From NCBI GenBank assembly GCA_002269645.1, contig NIVC01000286.1:62001-126000 (forward strand): a stretch of DNA of 64,000 nucleotides, in the 5' to 3' direction. This document shows positions 36,401-51,009 of the stretch, in pieces. The translations under genes and the position numbers were made by a program. Under the pieces are notes generated by a model, which was not told where the DNA came from, made no database searches, and saw only the letters and a program-made list of their open reading frames with translations. The stretch comes from Macrostomum lignano. Lineage: Eukaryota. Position 1 is the stretch's first letter, and each line of letters opens with the position of its first letter.

Positions 36401-39400
36401 AGCCAGCACTGCCATGATCTCGCTGGCTACTGAGATGTCGAATTTGCAGCGCCTGGTCATGCTTTTCTCGTTCGGCCCCTGGCCAATAGTGATGTCGCGT
36501 AGGAACCGATCGCTGGTGTCAATCACCCGCTGCCAGGTGATGGTGGCCGGGTCAATGTCCAGCCGGGAGAATGCTCGCGCCTGGCAGGGGAAGGGGAGCG
36601 GCACACTTGTACATGTACACTCTTCTGTACTGTAGCTGTACATGTACACTCTTCTGTACTTTAGCTGTGTATTGTACACACTTGCACATGTACACTCTGT
36701 ATTGTAGCTGTACATTGTACACACTTGCACATGTACACTCTTCTGTATTGTAGCTGTACATTGCACACACTTGTACATGTACACTCTTCTGTACTGTAGC
36801 TGTACATTGTACACACTTGTACATGTACACTCTTCTGTACTGTAGCTGTACATTGTACACACTTGTACATGTACACTCTTCTGTACTGTAGCTGTACATT
36901 GTACACACTTGTACATGTACACTCTTCTGTACTGTAGCTGTACATTGTAAACACTTGTACACTATAGTGTACCGATATTTGTACAACTAACCACAAAAAA
37001 TTGCACGTATAATCCCACGATATTACTAACCTCTTCTGCAGTGAGTTCAGACGGCATTTTCTTATCGATGCCCAGCTTCTGCAGCCGGCGCTGTTGCACC
37101 TCGGTAAACGGTTTATCCTTGGGCGCCAGGCGCCTGTACAGGGCCTCATCGGACTGAGTAGACTCGTGAAACAGTCTGGTGTCTATGGCCGACGCCATCA
37201 GATTGTTAGCAGCCGTCACGGCGTGAATATCGCCAGTCAGGTGAAGATTGAATTCGTCCATCGGGATTACCTGGGAGTAGCCGCCGCCGGCAGCGCCACC
37301 TGGATATCGGGTTAAGCCAAACTTATATAAGCGCGCGAGCGCCATGTACACGCAAAGCGCTAATTATAGTGACATAATAAAAAACACACCTTTAACGCCA
37401 AACGTTGGCCCCTGAGACGGCTGCCGAATGCAGGCGCACGAGTCGACGCCAATCTCAGTGAAGGCCTGCACCAGGCCCAGCGTTGTTGTGCTCTTGCCTT
37501 CGCCAAGCGGAGTCGGCGTGATGCCAGTGACGAATGTCAGCTTGCCGTCCGGGGCTGACGACAGGCGATCCAGGATTCTGAAATTGTAAAATTGTACCGT
37601 TGTTAAATCATGGCGTTATCTGACACCTATGTCATGGCGCTTTCTGACACCTATGTCATGGCGCTATCTGACACCTATGTCATGGCGCTATCTGACACCT
37701 ATGTCATGGCGCTATCTGACACCTATGTCATGGCGCTATCTGACACCTATGTCATGGTGCTATCTGACACCTATGTCATGGCGCTATCTGACACCTATGT
37801 CATGGCGCTATCTGACACCTATGTCATGGCGCTATCTGACACCTATGTCATGGCGCTATCTGACACCCATATGTCATGGCGCTATCTGACACCTATATCA
37901 TGGCGCTATCTGACACCTATGTCATGGCGCTATCTGACACCTATGTCATGGCGCTATCTGACACCCCTATGTCATAGCGCTATCTGACACCCCTATGTGA
38001 TAGCGCTATCTGACACCCCTATGTCATAGCGCTATCTGACACCCATATGTCATAGCCCTATCTGACACCCATGTCATAGCGCTATCTGACACCCCTATGT
38101 CATAGCGCTATCTGACACCCCTATGTCATAGCGCTATCTGACACCCATATGTCATGGCGCTATCTGACACCCCTATGTCATAGCGCTATCTGACACCTAT
38201 ATGTCATAGCGCTATCTGACACCCCTATGTCATAGCGCTTTCTGACACCCCTATGTCATGGCGCTATCTGACACCCCTATGAAGGTTTATGAAAAAGACA
38301 CCCATGTCATAGCGCTATCTGACACCCATATGTCATGGCTCTATCCTAACTGACACATTATGGCGCTATCTGACACCCATATGTCCTGGCTCTATCCTAA
38401 CTGACACATTATGGCGCTATCTGACACCCATATGTCATGGCTCTATCCTAACTGACACATTATGGCGCTATCTGACAAACTAATTTGGATTTCGACCCCT
38501 TTAAAATCACTCATCACTCACTTCAAAGAAATCTTGGCCTTATGATGGCCGTACTGTTCCAGCTCACTTGGCAGCACGCCAATCTCCCCAGCTAGCTGAT
38601 CCACTCGTTTAAGCGTCGCCGATCGACTTATGTCGATATCGGATGGTACTGGCACTTTAGGCACGGGTGGAATGCCGCTCAGCTTCCAGGCCTGCGGTGG
38701 AAATATAAATACAGAATATTTAATTCACGGCCATAGGTAGAAATTTGACAAACCTGGGAAATCGTTGAATCTGACTGAAAACTTAATTAGCAACTTCCAT
38801 ACACTAAAATGGTTTGTCGGTATGTAGGCAGATAGGTAGACCTAAAAATCTATTATTAAGTTAGTTACTGACCTAAAAATCAATTAGTAAGCTACTGACC
38901 TAAAAATCAATTAGTAAGCTACTGACCTAAAAATCAATTAGTAAGCTACTGACCTAAAAATCAATTAGTAAGCTACTGATCTAAAAATCAATTAGTAAGC
39001 TACTGACCTAAAAATCAATTAGAAAGCTACTGATCTAAAAATCAATTAGAAAGCTACTGATCTAAAAATCAATTAGTAAGCTACTGACCTAAAAATCAAT
39101 TAGAAAGCTACTGATCTAAAAATCAATTAGAAAGCTACTGATCTAAAAATCAATTAGTAAGCTACTGACCTAAAAATCAATTTGTAAGCTACTGACCTAA
39201 AAATCAATTAGTAAGCTACTGACCTAAAAATCAATTAGTAAGCTACTGACCTAAAAGACTTCCAAACCTGACTGTCTACAAATTAAATCAATGAAAAAGC
39301 AGAAAAATCTACGAGTATAAAAAGTCTATTTCAACCGACTTTCGAAACACCAACCTGACCAGCAAGCGATTTATCCCTTTCAGCCAGAGCAGCTTCCATC

Positions 39401-42400
39401 GTGTTGCGCAATAGCATAGCAACGGTCATGGGCCCAACACCGCCGGGAACTGGCGTGATCGCTCCGGCCACTGACTTTGCTTCGCTGAAATCAACGTCGC
39501 CAACCAGGCGATAGCCGCTGGCCCTGCTGCTGTCAGGCAGACTGTTGATGCCGCAGTCGATGACAATGGCACCAGGCTTGATCCAATCCGATTTCACGTA
39601 TTGGGCTCGGCCGATGGCCACCACTAGCAGGTCGGCTTGACGGCATACCTGGGGATCAGGTAAGGGGATTGGGATAGTGCTGGTCATTGGTTCGACTCCA
39701 ACTGTTGGAAGCAGATAAGAAAGGAGAAATGTTTGTAAACGAAGACTAATGAAGTAGGAAGGTTTATGAAGACACTATGAAGACTAATGAAGTAGGAAGG
39801 TTTATGAAGACGCTATGAAGACTAATGAAGTAGGAAGGTTTATGAAGACGCTATGAAGACTGATAAAGTAGGAAGGTTTATGAAGACGCTATGAAGACTA
39901 ATGAAGTAGGAAGGTTTATGAAGACACTATGAAAACTATGAATAAAGGTTTATGAAGACATTATGAAGACTGATAAAGTAGGAAGGTTTATGAAGACGCT
40001 ATGAAGACTAATGAAGTAGGAAGGTTTATGAAGACACTATGAAAACTATGAATAAAGGTTTATGAAGACATTATGAAGACTGATAAAGTAGGAAGGTTTA
40101 TGAAGACGCTATGAAGACTAATGAAGTAGGAAGGTTTATGAAGACACTATGAAAACTATGAATAAAGGTTTATGAAGACATTATGAAGACTGATAAAGTA
40201 GGAAGGTTTATGAAGACGCTATGAAGACTGATAAAGTAGGAAGGTTTATGAAGACGCTATGAAGACTAATGAAGTAGGAAGGTTTATGAAAACACTATGA
40301 AGACTAATGAAGTAGGAAGGTTTATGAAGACGCTATGAAGACTAATGAAGTAGGAAGGTTTATGAAAACACTATGAAGACTAATGAAGTAGGAAGGTTTA
40401 TGAAGACACTATGAAAACTAATGAAGTAGGAAGGTTTATGAAGACGCTATGAAGACTAATGAAGTAGGAAGGTTTATGAAGACGCTATGAAGACTAATGA
40501 AGTAGGAAGGTTTATGAAGACACTATGAAGACTAATGAAGTAGGAAGGTTTATGAAGACACTATGAAAACTATGAATAAAGGTTTATGAAGACACTATGA
40601 AGACTATGAATAAAGGTTTATGAAGACACTATGAAGACTATGAATAAAGGTTTATGAAGACACTATGAAGACTATGAATAAAGGTTTATGAAGACACTAT
40701 GAAGGCTATGAATAATGGTTTATGAAGACACTATGAAGACTATGAATAAAGGTTTATGAAGACACTATGAAGACTATGAATAAAGGTTTATGAAGACACT
40801 ATGAAGACTATGAATAAAGGTTTATGAAGACACTATGAAGGCTATGAATAATGGTTTATGAAGACACTATGAAGACTATGAATAAAGGTTTATGAACACT
40901 ATGAAGACTATGAATAAAGGTTTATGAAGACACAATGAAGACTAATGAAGTAGAAAGGTTTATGAAGACACTATGAAGACTATGAATAAAGGTTTATGAA
41001 GACACTATGAATATGATAAGTAAGGTCTATAAAAGCGTTGTAAAGTCATTTAACGTGCCGCTTTAAAGTTTCATCATTTTCATTGAAAGCTATTAATTAG
41101 AAAAGCCAATTCAGAATCAACAATATATTATGCATGGTTAATTATTTCATTTCTTATGCAGAACTTTTGCCTGTTTAACTAGGGCAAAATTGAAGACTCG
41201 AAGTCAAAAGCAGCCGAAAAAAGTGGAAACACAGGAAAACAAGCTAGCTAGCATAGTTGATTCTTAAACTTCTATACAACTCTGCTCCAGGCCGCCATAT
41301 CTTAATCTCAAGAGACAAACTCTGATCTAGCGTGCAAGATACCGATAGCTAGGTCAGGCTTAGTATTACACAATACTCGTGTCTAAGCATATCTTCAAGC
41401 AAGTCGGAGAGTCAAACAGAAATTATTTTATCTCAAAGTACTCAAACTGGAAACTTCTAGCTAGCTTGGCTGGATTTTTTGAGCAGGCCAATAAAACTGT
41501 GAATGACCAGAGTCTAGAGAGAGCTAAGAGCAGTGCATGAAGACTCTCAACATAACTATATTGTCTGACCGAATAAACTGCATCCCGAATAAGTTAATAA
41601 GTGCCACCTCAACGGGGAAACACAACAACAACAAGTTACGCCCCAGAGTCAGCAGTGGGCGTCACAGGGTGCGCCTCAGAGCGCGGGAGCGAAGGAAGGC
41701 CGGGCCATTGGCTTGGTCGGGGGCGCCAGCGTCGGCCAGCAGGCAGTCCCGGTACCGCCGCGTACGCGCCTGCCCTCGCCGAAGGGGCGCTGGAAGCGTT
41801 AGCAGCAGCGTCCCCTGCGCCGGCTCGGGGCAGTACGTCTCGGCGCGGATAAGGTGGCCTCTGCCAGCTGGAGCCGACGGCATCGAAGCAGGTCGCCGGG
41901 GCGGGCAAGGCGGGCTCGGGCGTACAGCGCCGCGTTGGAGAAGTGCTCGCCACCGCCGATCTTGGAGGCGGCGCGCAGCAGGCCGGCGTGGGCCGCATCG
42001 ATTTGCCGCTCAAGCGTCTCAGTCAGCGTCCATGTCTCGGCGTTGTAAAGCAGGACGGTCTCGATCACCGCCTGGAACAGCGCCGAACGCTGGCGGTCTG
42101 GCAGGGCCGCAGAGTGTAGGACGGTCCTCACAGAGTTCAAGGCCGCCCAGGCGAGTCCGCGGCGTCGCCTGCCCATCGGCGCCTCGGCAGATGTCGGCTT
42201 GGATGTCGGATGGCGTGGTGAGCACGACGGTCTTCTGCGTGTTGACCACCAGGCTGACGCTCCAGCAACGCCAACCAGCCGGTCCAGCTGACGTTGGGCG
42301 CCTTTGACAGTTGATGACAGCAGGGCGAGGCCGCCGGCGTAGCCTAAGATGCTGAGGCGGCGCTCTGGTTGGCGGCGACCCACACGGCGCTGCAGGAGGA

Positions 42401-45400
42401 AGCCGTCCTCGGCCGTGGGCAAAGCAGTCTGCAGCACCCAGTCCAGCACCAGTACAAACAGGAATGGCGCCAGCGTGTCCCCCTGGAGTGCTCCGGATGA
42501 CGTATCGAAGGTGTCCGAGAGGCAGTCTGGGGTCACCACCGCAGCTCTGGTGTTCTGGTACAGCGCCATCGTGGCATTGACCAGTTGCTGCGGTACGTTG
42601 TACGCTGTGAACATCAGCGGAAGCGCGCTTCTGGCGATCGAGTCGAAGGCCTTTTTGAAGTCAACGAAGACCACGATCAGGTCGACTGGCGCGTGCGGGC
42701 CTCCTCGATGACTCGCCGAAGGGCCAGTACCTGCGTGACGGTGCCTCGCCTTGGCCGAAACCCGTTCTATGGATCTAGCACGGGCTGCAGCCGGGCGAGC
42801 AGAAGCCGGTTGAAAAGCTTCGCGGTGATGGACAGTAGTCAGATACCTTGGTGCTCCTCCAGTTTGGTGGTGCCTGGCTCGGGGAAAGCCAACTCATAAT
42901 CCCTGGATGGGCGGGCACTTTCGGCGACATCGTCCCACACACCAGCGGTGAGGCAATTCTGCTCACAGTCCTCACAGGGTGTACAGCGGTCCTTTGACTT
43001 ACTAATCAGTCTGGCAGGTATCCCCTAAACTCTCTGGGCCTTGGTTGATGGCTCTCACGGCTGAGTCGCACGACAGCTCAACAGGCCAATCTTCGCGCAC
43101 ACACAGGAAAAGACAACTGAGAAGTGGAGGACAGAATGGCTATACAATCAAGACTCAAACACTCACCTGAGCCAGATCCTTAGTTCTCGAATGGCACAGC
43201 GTCACAGTGGCGTGATGCCAAGTTAACAGTTCGGCCATGGGTGAGCCAACAATTTTTGAACGGCCAACAACTACAGCCGAGACGCCGGCAAGAGAGGCCA
43301 GTCCGGCTCCTCTGCAATCATAATTGTAAATCACTAATTAGTCAGTGAAGGTTTATGAAGACACCATGAGGACTATGAATGGAAGGTTTATGAAGGCACT
43401 AGGAGGATTATGAAGGGAAGGTTTATGAAGGCACTAGGAGGATTATGAAGGAAAGGTTTATGAAGACAATATGAGGACTGTGAAGGAAAGGTTTATGAAG
43501 GCACTAGGAGGATTATGAAGGGAAGGTTTATGAAGGCACTAAGAGGACTATGAAGGGAAGGTTTATGAAGACAACATGAGGACTATGAAGGGAAGGCTTA
43601 TGAAGATAACATGAGGACTATGAAGGGAAGGCTTATGAAGACAACATGAGGACTATGAAGGGAAGGCTTATGAAGGCACTAGGAGGATTATGAAGGGAAG
43701 GTTTATGAAGGCACTAGAAATTATGAAGGGAAGGTTTATGAAGGCACTAGGAGGATTATGAAGGGAAGGTTTATGAAGCCACTAAGAGGACTATGAAGGG
43801 AAGGTTTATGAAGGCACTAGGAGGATTATGAAGGGAAGGTTTATGAAGGCACTAGGAGGATTATGAAGGGAAGGTTTATGAAGGTACTAGGAGGATTATG
43901 AAGGGAAGGTTTATGAAGGCAACATGAGGACTATGAAGGGAAGGCTTATGAAGACACCATGAGGACTATGAAGGGAAGGCTTATGAAGACACCATGAGGA
44001 CTATGAAGGGAAGGCTTATGAAGACACCATGAGGACTATGAAGGGAAGGCTTATGAAGACACCATGAGGACTATGAAGGGAAGGCTTATGAAGACAACAT
44101 GAGGACTATGAAGGGAAGGCTTATGAAGACACCATGAGGACTATGAAGGGAAGGCTTATGAAGATAACATGAGGACTATGAAGGGAAGGCTTATGAAGAC
44201 AACATGAGGACTATGAAGGGAAGGCTTATGAAGGCACTAGGAGGATTATGAAGGGAAGGTTTATGAAGGCACTAGAAATTATGAAGGGAAGGTTTATGAA
44301 GGCACTAGGAGGATTATGAAGGGAAGGTTTATGAAGGTACTAGGAGGATTATGAAGGGAAGGTTTATGAAGGTACTAGGAGGATTATGAAGGGAAGGTTT
44401 ATGAAGGCACTAGGAGGATTATGAAGGGAAGGTTTATGAAGGCACTAGAAGGATTATGAAGGGAAGGTTTATAAAGACAGATTAATGAGGTACACTATTA
44501 TTAATTACTCCTGAAAGAATATGACTACCTGGGAGACTGAATGAGTTCAAGGCATCCCCTAGGTGTGCAGGGCACAAAGCAGTCCAGGTTGCCCCTGGCC
44601 AATCTGCCAGCGTTGACAACGCCCAGGCCATCAACGTCCTTCTCTCGAGCGATGGCATTGGTAACCAGATCGCTGTCAATAGCAGTGTTGCAGTCCAATG
44701 GCAGCTGGACAATAATCCCATGGACATTGGGATCTTCGTTTAACTGATTGACAATAGTTAACAGAGCGGATTCGCTAATATCGGTGCCAAGTTTCACGTG
44801 TTTAGCGGTGATGCCAACTTCAGTGGCTGATTTCAGTTTCTGACCAATGTACACGTTGGAGTCTTGACGATCGCCAACCTTCACATTGTTGATGAAATAA
44901 TTAGATTAGAATAATTATAAGTTCAATATTGGTGATAAGAACTTGTCTTGTATTCAATTTATCGAAGTAACAAGCGTAGGTCAACGGCAAGAGTAACTAT
45001 GGCGTTTTTTTAAATAATCAATGCCTCGTCAGCTAATTAGAAACAGGATCCTAGGTCCTAGGATCTGTGGATTAAGATCCAATTCTATTTCTAATCAAAT
45101 GGGATAAACATATAAATATGATCTAATGGCTTGCTCATTTTTCATTAATTTGAAGTGAACAATCCATTAAGGCTTATAGTGATGCTTATGCAAGTAGTAA
45201 ATCTTAAATAAGATTCTAATTGTAATTCTGTAACCTTCTAAAGGATTGCAATGAATTTTTGGAACTTTATTTATCTAACTAAACTTTAAAAAATTCTAAA
45301 TCCTAAGAAATGTGTCTAGGAATGCACAACATATTGTAGCTATTCGAAATTTAGTTCTTTATAATAAATTAAGAATTTGATAAAATTAAATAAAAAAGAA

Positions 45401-48400
45401 TACAATTACAAAGCAAACTAACCAACCTGAACAATTGCTAATCCTGGAGTAAAGTTGGGCACAGTTTGTCTGACTTCATCAATTTTAGTCTTGATAGCAG
45501 ATTTTACATCACTAAAAAGAAATTTTATATTGATTAGATAATTGCTAACTCATAATCACAAACAAAAAAGAATAAATACTAATTAGAATCATCATTATCA
45601 TATTAAAAAAGGACAAAAGACAGCTATAGATAGAAAATATAAAACTAAAAATGATAGATTTTTATAACTAGAAACTTAAAAAGAAACAAATCTAGGATTT
45701 TCCCAAAGAGGGTGAATTGACCCCTTTGACCTCTTTTCCTAAATTTGTCACTGAGTAATTGTTTGTTTTCCATTGGCTTTAACTTTTATAGAATAGTTAA
45801 TTCTTAATTTAGAAAGGTAGCAATTTTTAGATATATTAGTTATTCTTTGGCTTTATAGCATCTCTACCTATAAAAATGAAAACTCTGTATAAGTGTCTAT
45901 GGCCAATTTTGTTGCTATGGACTCCTAAACTGCTTAACCAAATTATACCAAATTTTACACCCACCCTAAACTTACTACAGAGAGTGTCTTAGGCTATATT
46001 AAAATTTCCTAGACTCAGGTCTTCTTACCTAAAAGTGCAAAAACTGCTCAAAATGCACAATTATTTCACTAAATCCTCCATAGCGCCGCTTGAAGACGAT
46101 CTACCAATCCTCTTCAAATTTGACACACTCAATCTTCAACTATTTTGACACAATCATGTAAAATTTTGAGTCTCAAAGTTAATCTTTTTTTGGCTGTTTT
46201 TGTCAGCAAGACAGCCACCCCAACCTCCACCTGCCTGCCTCTCCCAATCTGGGCCCAGATGTGCAAAAGGGGTTTCAAAATTGACAAACTTTCAGCTGTC
46301 ATAAGCTTGTTCCATGTAAAGCAATTCACTTCAAACTTGACACAATTCTTCATTGACTCATTTGCTGTCTAAATGTAAAGTTTTAACTCTGTAACTCATT
46401 CAGAACAGAAACTGTAAGCATGTGAAGTTTGTCTGCTTTTTTTGTTGTTAGAAAAATTTGAAAAATTCTAACAACTGTCCTCTTTTTTGGCAAACTCTAC
46501 AGAAGTTTAACAGTGGATGGCAATTGGCAAATCAAGGCAATCCAGCATGGTTTATAAAAGAAAAAGATTTATGAAAAGGCGATGCAATGCAATACAAGTC
46601 ATACCATGGAAATTTTACTATTAAGTTTTATCTAAAGGTAAATTTAAAATTGGCCTCCTAAGAAATACATATTTCCTTGGTTGTTAGACTGATACAGACT
46701 GTAGTGGAGCCAAAGATACAGATATGCAACTTCCTCTCAAGGCTGCAAATTGGCCAGAAAAATGACGTGATTGGCCACAAAGCATGAGAAAAATCATGAG
46801 TTACTTATTACGTTCCACAAACTGGCTTTTGAAGCAGGGGTCAGCAGACTTACCTCAAATGCCAGATAAAGAATCCAGCTCATGTGTGGGCCAGATGAGA
46901 GTGGTAAGGAGAAGGAATAGACTATTAGAAAAGAGGAGCAGCGAGAGGGATAAAAGAAAAGATAGAAGGTAAAAAGAGAAACAAATGATGAGGGGTGAGG
47001 ATGAGGAGAGTGAGGTGGGAGAAGAGAGGAGAGAAGAAGGAAGGAGAAGAGGGAGAGAGAGAGGGGCGAGAGAAGCAAGAGGAAAGTAGAGATAAGGAGA
47101 GAGGAGTAGGAGAGAGGAGAGAGGAGAAAGTAGAGATTAGAGAGTGAAGATGAGTGAACAGAAAGAAGAGAGAAGAGATAAGACAGGATTGAGAGAGGAA
47201 AGCAGAGAGGAGAGAGCATACTTGCGCAACCTCCGAAACTCGGTCGGCCATGCGACTTAGTTTTAACAAAAATGCGACGTAGTTTTTGGCCAAAAATGCG
47301 ACTTACATGTAAAAAAAACCCTAAAGCAAAATTAACGCAACTTTGGGTAAACGGCAGGAGTAACTATGATCGTCTTATTAAGCCAAAATGCCTCGTCAGC
47401 TACTTAGTACTACTCCTTGGTTATTTTTTTGGGTGGGCATTTTTGCGACTTCCTTGGTTGGCGGCCAAATTGGTCGGCCGGATCGGCCGACTTGGCCGAC
47501 TGTTGCGCATGTATGGGAGAGAGGAAAGAAGAGAATGGAGAGACAGTAGAGTAAAGGGAAGAGAGAAAAGATAAGGTTGTAGAGATGAGAGAGATGAAAT
47601 GAGAAATGAGAAATGAGAGATGAAGAAGAGAGAGGAGAGTAGAAAGAATACAGGAAGAGAGTATATAGAAGAGAGAAGAGAGGAGAGGAGAAAGGAAAGA
47701 GAGGAGTCAAAGTCAAAGATGTGAAATAAAAGAGTATAGATGAAAGAGATGAGAGAATGTATAAGAGAGTAAAGTTGACAGAAGAGAGGGGAGATGAGAG
47801 AACAGAGACAAGAGTAAACAGACAAGAGATGGGAGAGTAAAGAGAACAGAGGAGAAAGAGATTATGGAGACAAGATGAGAGAGGGGGAGAAGAGAAATAT
47901 GTGAGAGCAGAGAAGAGAGACAAAAGGGAGAAAGAAGTGGAGTAAGGAGAAAAAGGGGAGAGAATTGATAAACAGGGAAGAGAGAGAGGGGAGGAAAGAG
48001 AAGAATTAAAGAAGGGAGAAAGTAGAGAGAAGAGAGATGGGAAAGTGGAGAGTAGAGATAAGAGGGGAGAGAGAGAGAGGGGAGAGAAGAGAAGAAAGAG
48101 GAGAGGAGAGGAGAGAAGAGTGAAGAAAGAGGAGAGAGGAAGGAACAGGGAAGATGAGATGAGAGAGATGAGAGAGACAAGAAAAAAGAGAAATGTGAAG
48201 AAATAAAAGAGCAGAGATAAAAGAGAAAGAGAGAAAGGAGATATAAGAGAGCAAAGACAAGAGAGAAGAGAGGGGAGAAGACGAGAGAAGAGGGAAGTGA
48301 GGAAAGAAGAGAGAAGAGAAGAGATAGCAGGAGAGACAAAAGACAAGAGAGAATAGAGGAAACAGAAGAGAAGATGGAAGTTTCATTGTTTCAAAGGATC

Positions 48401-50942
48401 CAAGAGACGTGATGGAGGCAGAGGGAGAGGTCAGAGTTTTCCAATGCATGTTTTAAACAAACATTGCTTGATATTCTATGCAGCACCCCAGCCAATGAGA
48501 TCAATGCTTGCTACAAATCTTAATTTTACACAATTTTATTCAATTCTATGTTTACCTCAATCTCTATCCTATATACTAAAAAGTCCTAACTATTAACAAG
48601 TTTTTGTTTGTGTATGACTTTAGATTTTAGAACATAGGCAAAAAATAGTTTCTAAGCATTAGAATTCCCAGCGTTCAAAATCTATAGGTTTCAACATCTT
48701 ATCTCTACATATAAAAATGAAAACTCTGTCTGTCTGTGTGTGGACAATTTTGATAGCTATGGACTCCCAAACCGCTCAACCAAATGACACCAAACTTTAC
48801 ACCCACCCTAAACTTACTACGGAGAATGTCTTAGGCTACCTTTTAACTTCCTAGACTCAAGTCTTCCTACCTAAAAGTACAAAAAACTGCTCAAAATGCG
48901 CGATTTTTTCACTAAATCCTCCATAGCGCCGCTCCACTTCTACCGATTCTCTTCAAATTTGACACAGACAATCTTCAACTATTTTGGCACAATTGTATAA
49001 AATTTCAAATCTCAAAGTTAATCCTGAAAGCCGCTGTGCACTTTTAAAGTTAGGCTGTTTTTCTCAGCGTAGCAACCACCCCAACCTCCGCCCGCCTGCC
49101 TCTCTTTCCCGATACCGATCTGGGCCCAGATGTGTAAAAGGGTTTCAAAATTGACTAACTTTCAGCTCCCATAAGTTTGCTCCACGTAAAGGGATTGACT
49201 TCAAACTTGACACAATTCTTCATTGACTCATTCTCTATCTAAATGTAAAGTTTCAACTCTAACTCAACCGAAAAAGAAACTGTAAGCATGTGAAGTTTGT
49301 CTGCTTTTTCTGTTGTTTGCCGCTCATCCAACTCATTCCCCCAGACGAATGATCAGGCGATAGGGCTCAATGTACATAGCGAATGTACAGTGTTTTGGAA
49401 TAACTTTTTTATAGCCTTCTCGCACCCCGAGAGTGGAGAGGCTACGTTTAGCCATAACAGTTTAATTAGTGAGAAATTCTAATCACTGCCCTCCCCTCCT
49501 CTGTATTGGCAAACTCTGCAGCAGTTTAACAGTGGATGGCAATTGGCAAATCGAGGGAATCCAGCAAAAAAGCGAAAGCGAAAAGCGGTTTGTAAAAGCG
49601 AAAGATTTATGAAAAGGCGATGCGATGCAATGCACAATGCAATAAAACCCTACTAAATTAGGCACACCCATGGAAATTTTAGGTTTCTTTTAAAAGTAGT
49701 GTGTAAATTTTAAATGGCCTCCTAAGAAATGCGTATTTCCTTGGTTGTTAGACTGATGCAGACTGCAGTGGAGCTGAAAATATAAAAATTCCTTTCAGGG
49801 CTGCAAATTGGCAAGAAAGATGACGTGATCAAAGCATGAGAACAACGATGAGAGTAGTACGTCCACAAACTGGCTTTCGAAGCAGGGATCGGCAGACTTT
49901 TACTTCAAAAGCCAGATAAAGAATCCAGATTATGTGCGGGCCAGATGAGAGTGGAAAGGAGAAGGAATAGACTATTAGAAGAGAGGAGAGGCGAGAGGGG
50001 GGATAAAGAAAACATGGAAGATAAGAGGAGAGACAAGTGGTGAGGAGAGAGCAGAGAAGAAGGGAGGAAGAAGCGAGAGGAGGGGAGAAAGGAGGGAGAG
50101 GAAAGAGTAAATGTGAGAGAGGGGAGAGATGAGACAGAGGATCGATGAGAGGAGAGTAGAGAAGAGTGAGAAGAGAGTAGAGATGAGAGAGCAGAAAGAA
50201 GATGACAGAGGGTCAAGAGGAGAGGAGAGATTAGAGAGGAGAGAGTAGAAAGGATAGAGAAGAGAGGAGATAAGAGGGGGAGAGAGGAGTGAGAAGAAAA
50301 GAGATAGAGATAAGAGAGGGGTGTAAGAAGAGGGGAGAAAGGAGAGATGAGATTGTAGAGATGAGACAGATTAAAGGAGAGATGAGAGAGTAAAGATGAG
50401 AGATGAAAAAGGTGAGAGGAAAGTGCAGAGAGACGAGATAGAGATAAGAGAGGGGTGTAAGAAGAGGGGAGAAAGGAGAGATGAGATTGTAGAGATGAGA
50501 CAGATTAAAGGAGAGATGAGAGAGTAAAGATGAGAGATAAAAAGGTGAGAGGAAAGTGCAGAGAGACGAGAGAAAATAATAGAGGAGAGAGAGTATAGAA
50601 GAAAGAAGAGAAAAGAAGAGAGGAGTAAGGAAAGAGAGGAGTCAGAAGAGGTGAAGAGAAGAGTACAGAGGAGATAAGTGAGAGAACGTATAAGAGAGTA
50701 AAGATGACAGATGAGAGAGCAGAGATGAGGGTGAACAGACGAGAGATGGGAGAGTAGAGAGAACAGAGGAGAGATAAGAGAGAAGAGATTACAGAGACTA
50801 GAGGAGAGAGGAGAGACAGGGAGAGAGAAGAGGAATTAGGAGAATGAAGAGGGAAGAGAGGAGAAGATAGATGGGAGAGGAGAGATAAGAGAGAGAGAGA
50901 GAGGGAGAAAGAGAGAGAGAAGGGGAGAAGAGAGAGAGAGAA

Positions 50943-51009
<67 letters not shown>

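Noticed and set aside
41537-42899. Several + strand ORFs of 60-256 aa
   Set aside because: Antisense shadows of the GC-rich LINE remnant
44525-44531. Apparent extra base at the end of MTHFD1 exon 3 (suspected frameshift)
   Set aside because: The phase-2 donor matches the exon 4 acceptor (AG+A = Arg), so the frame is intact
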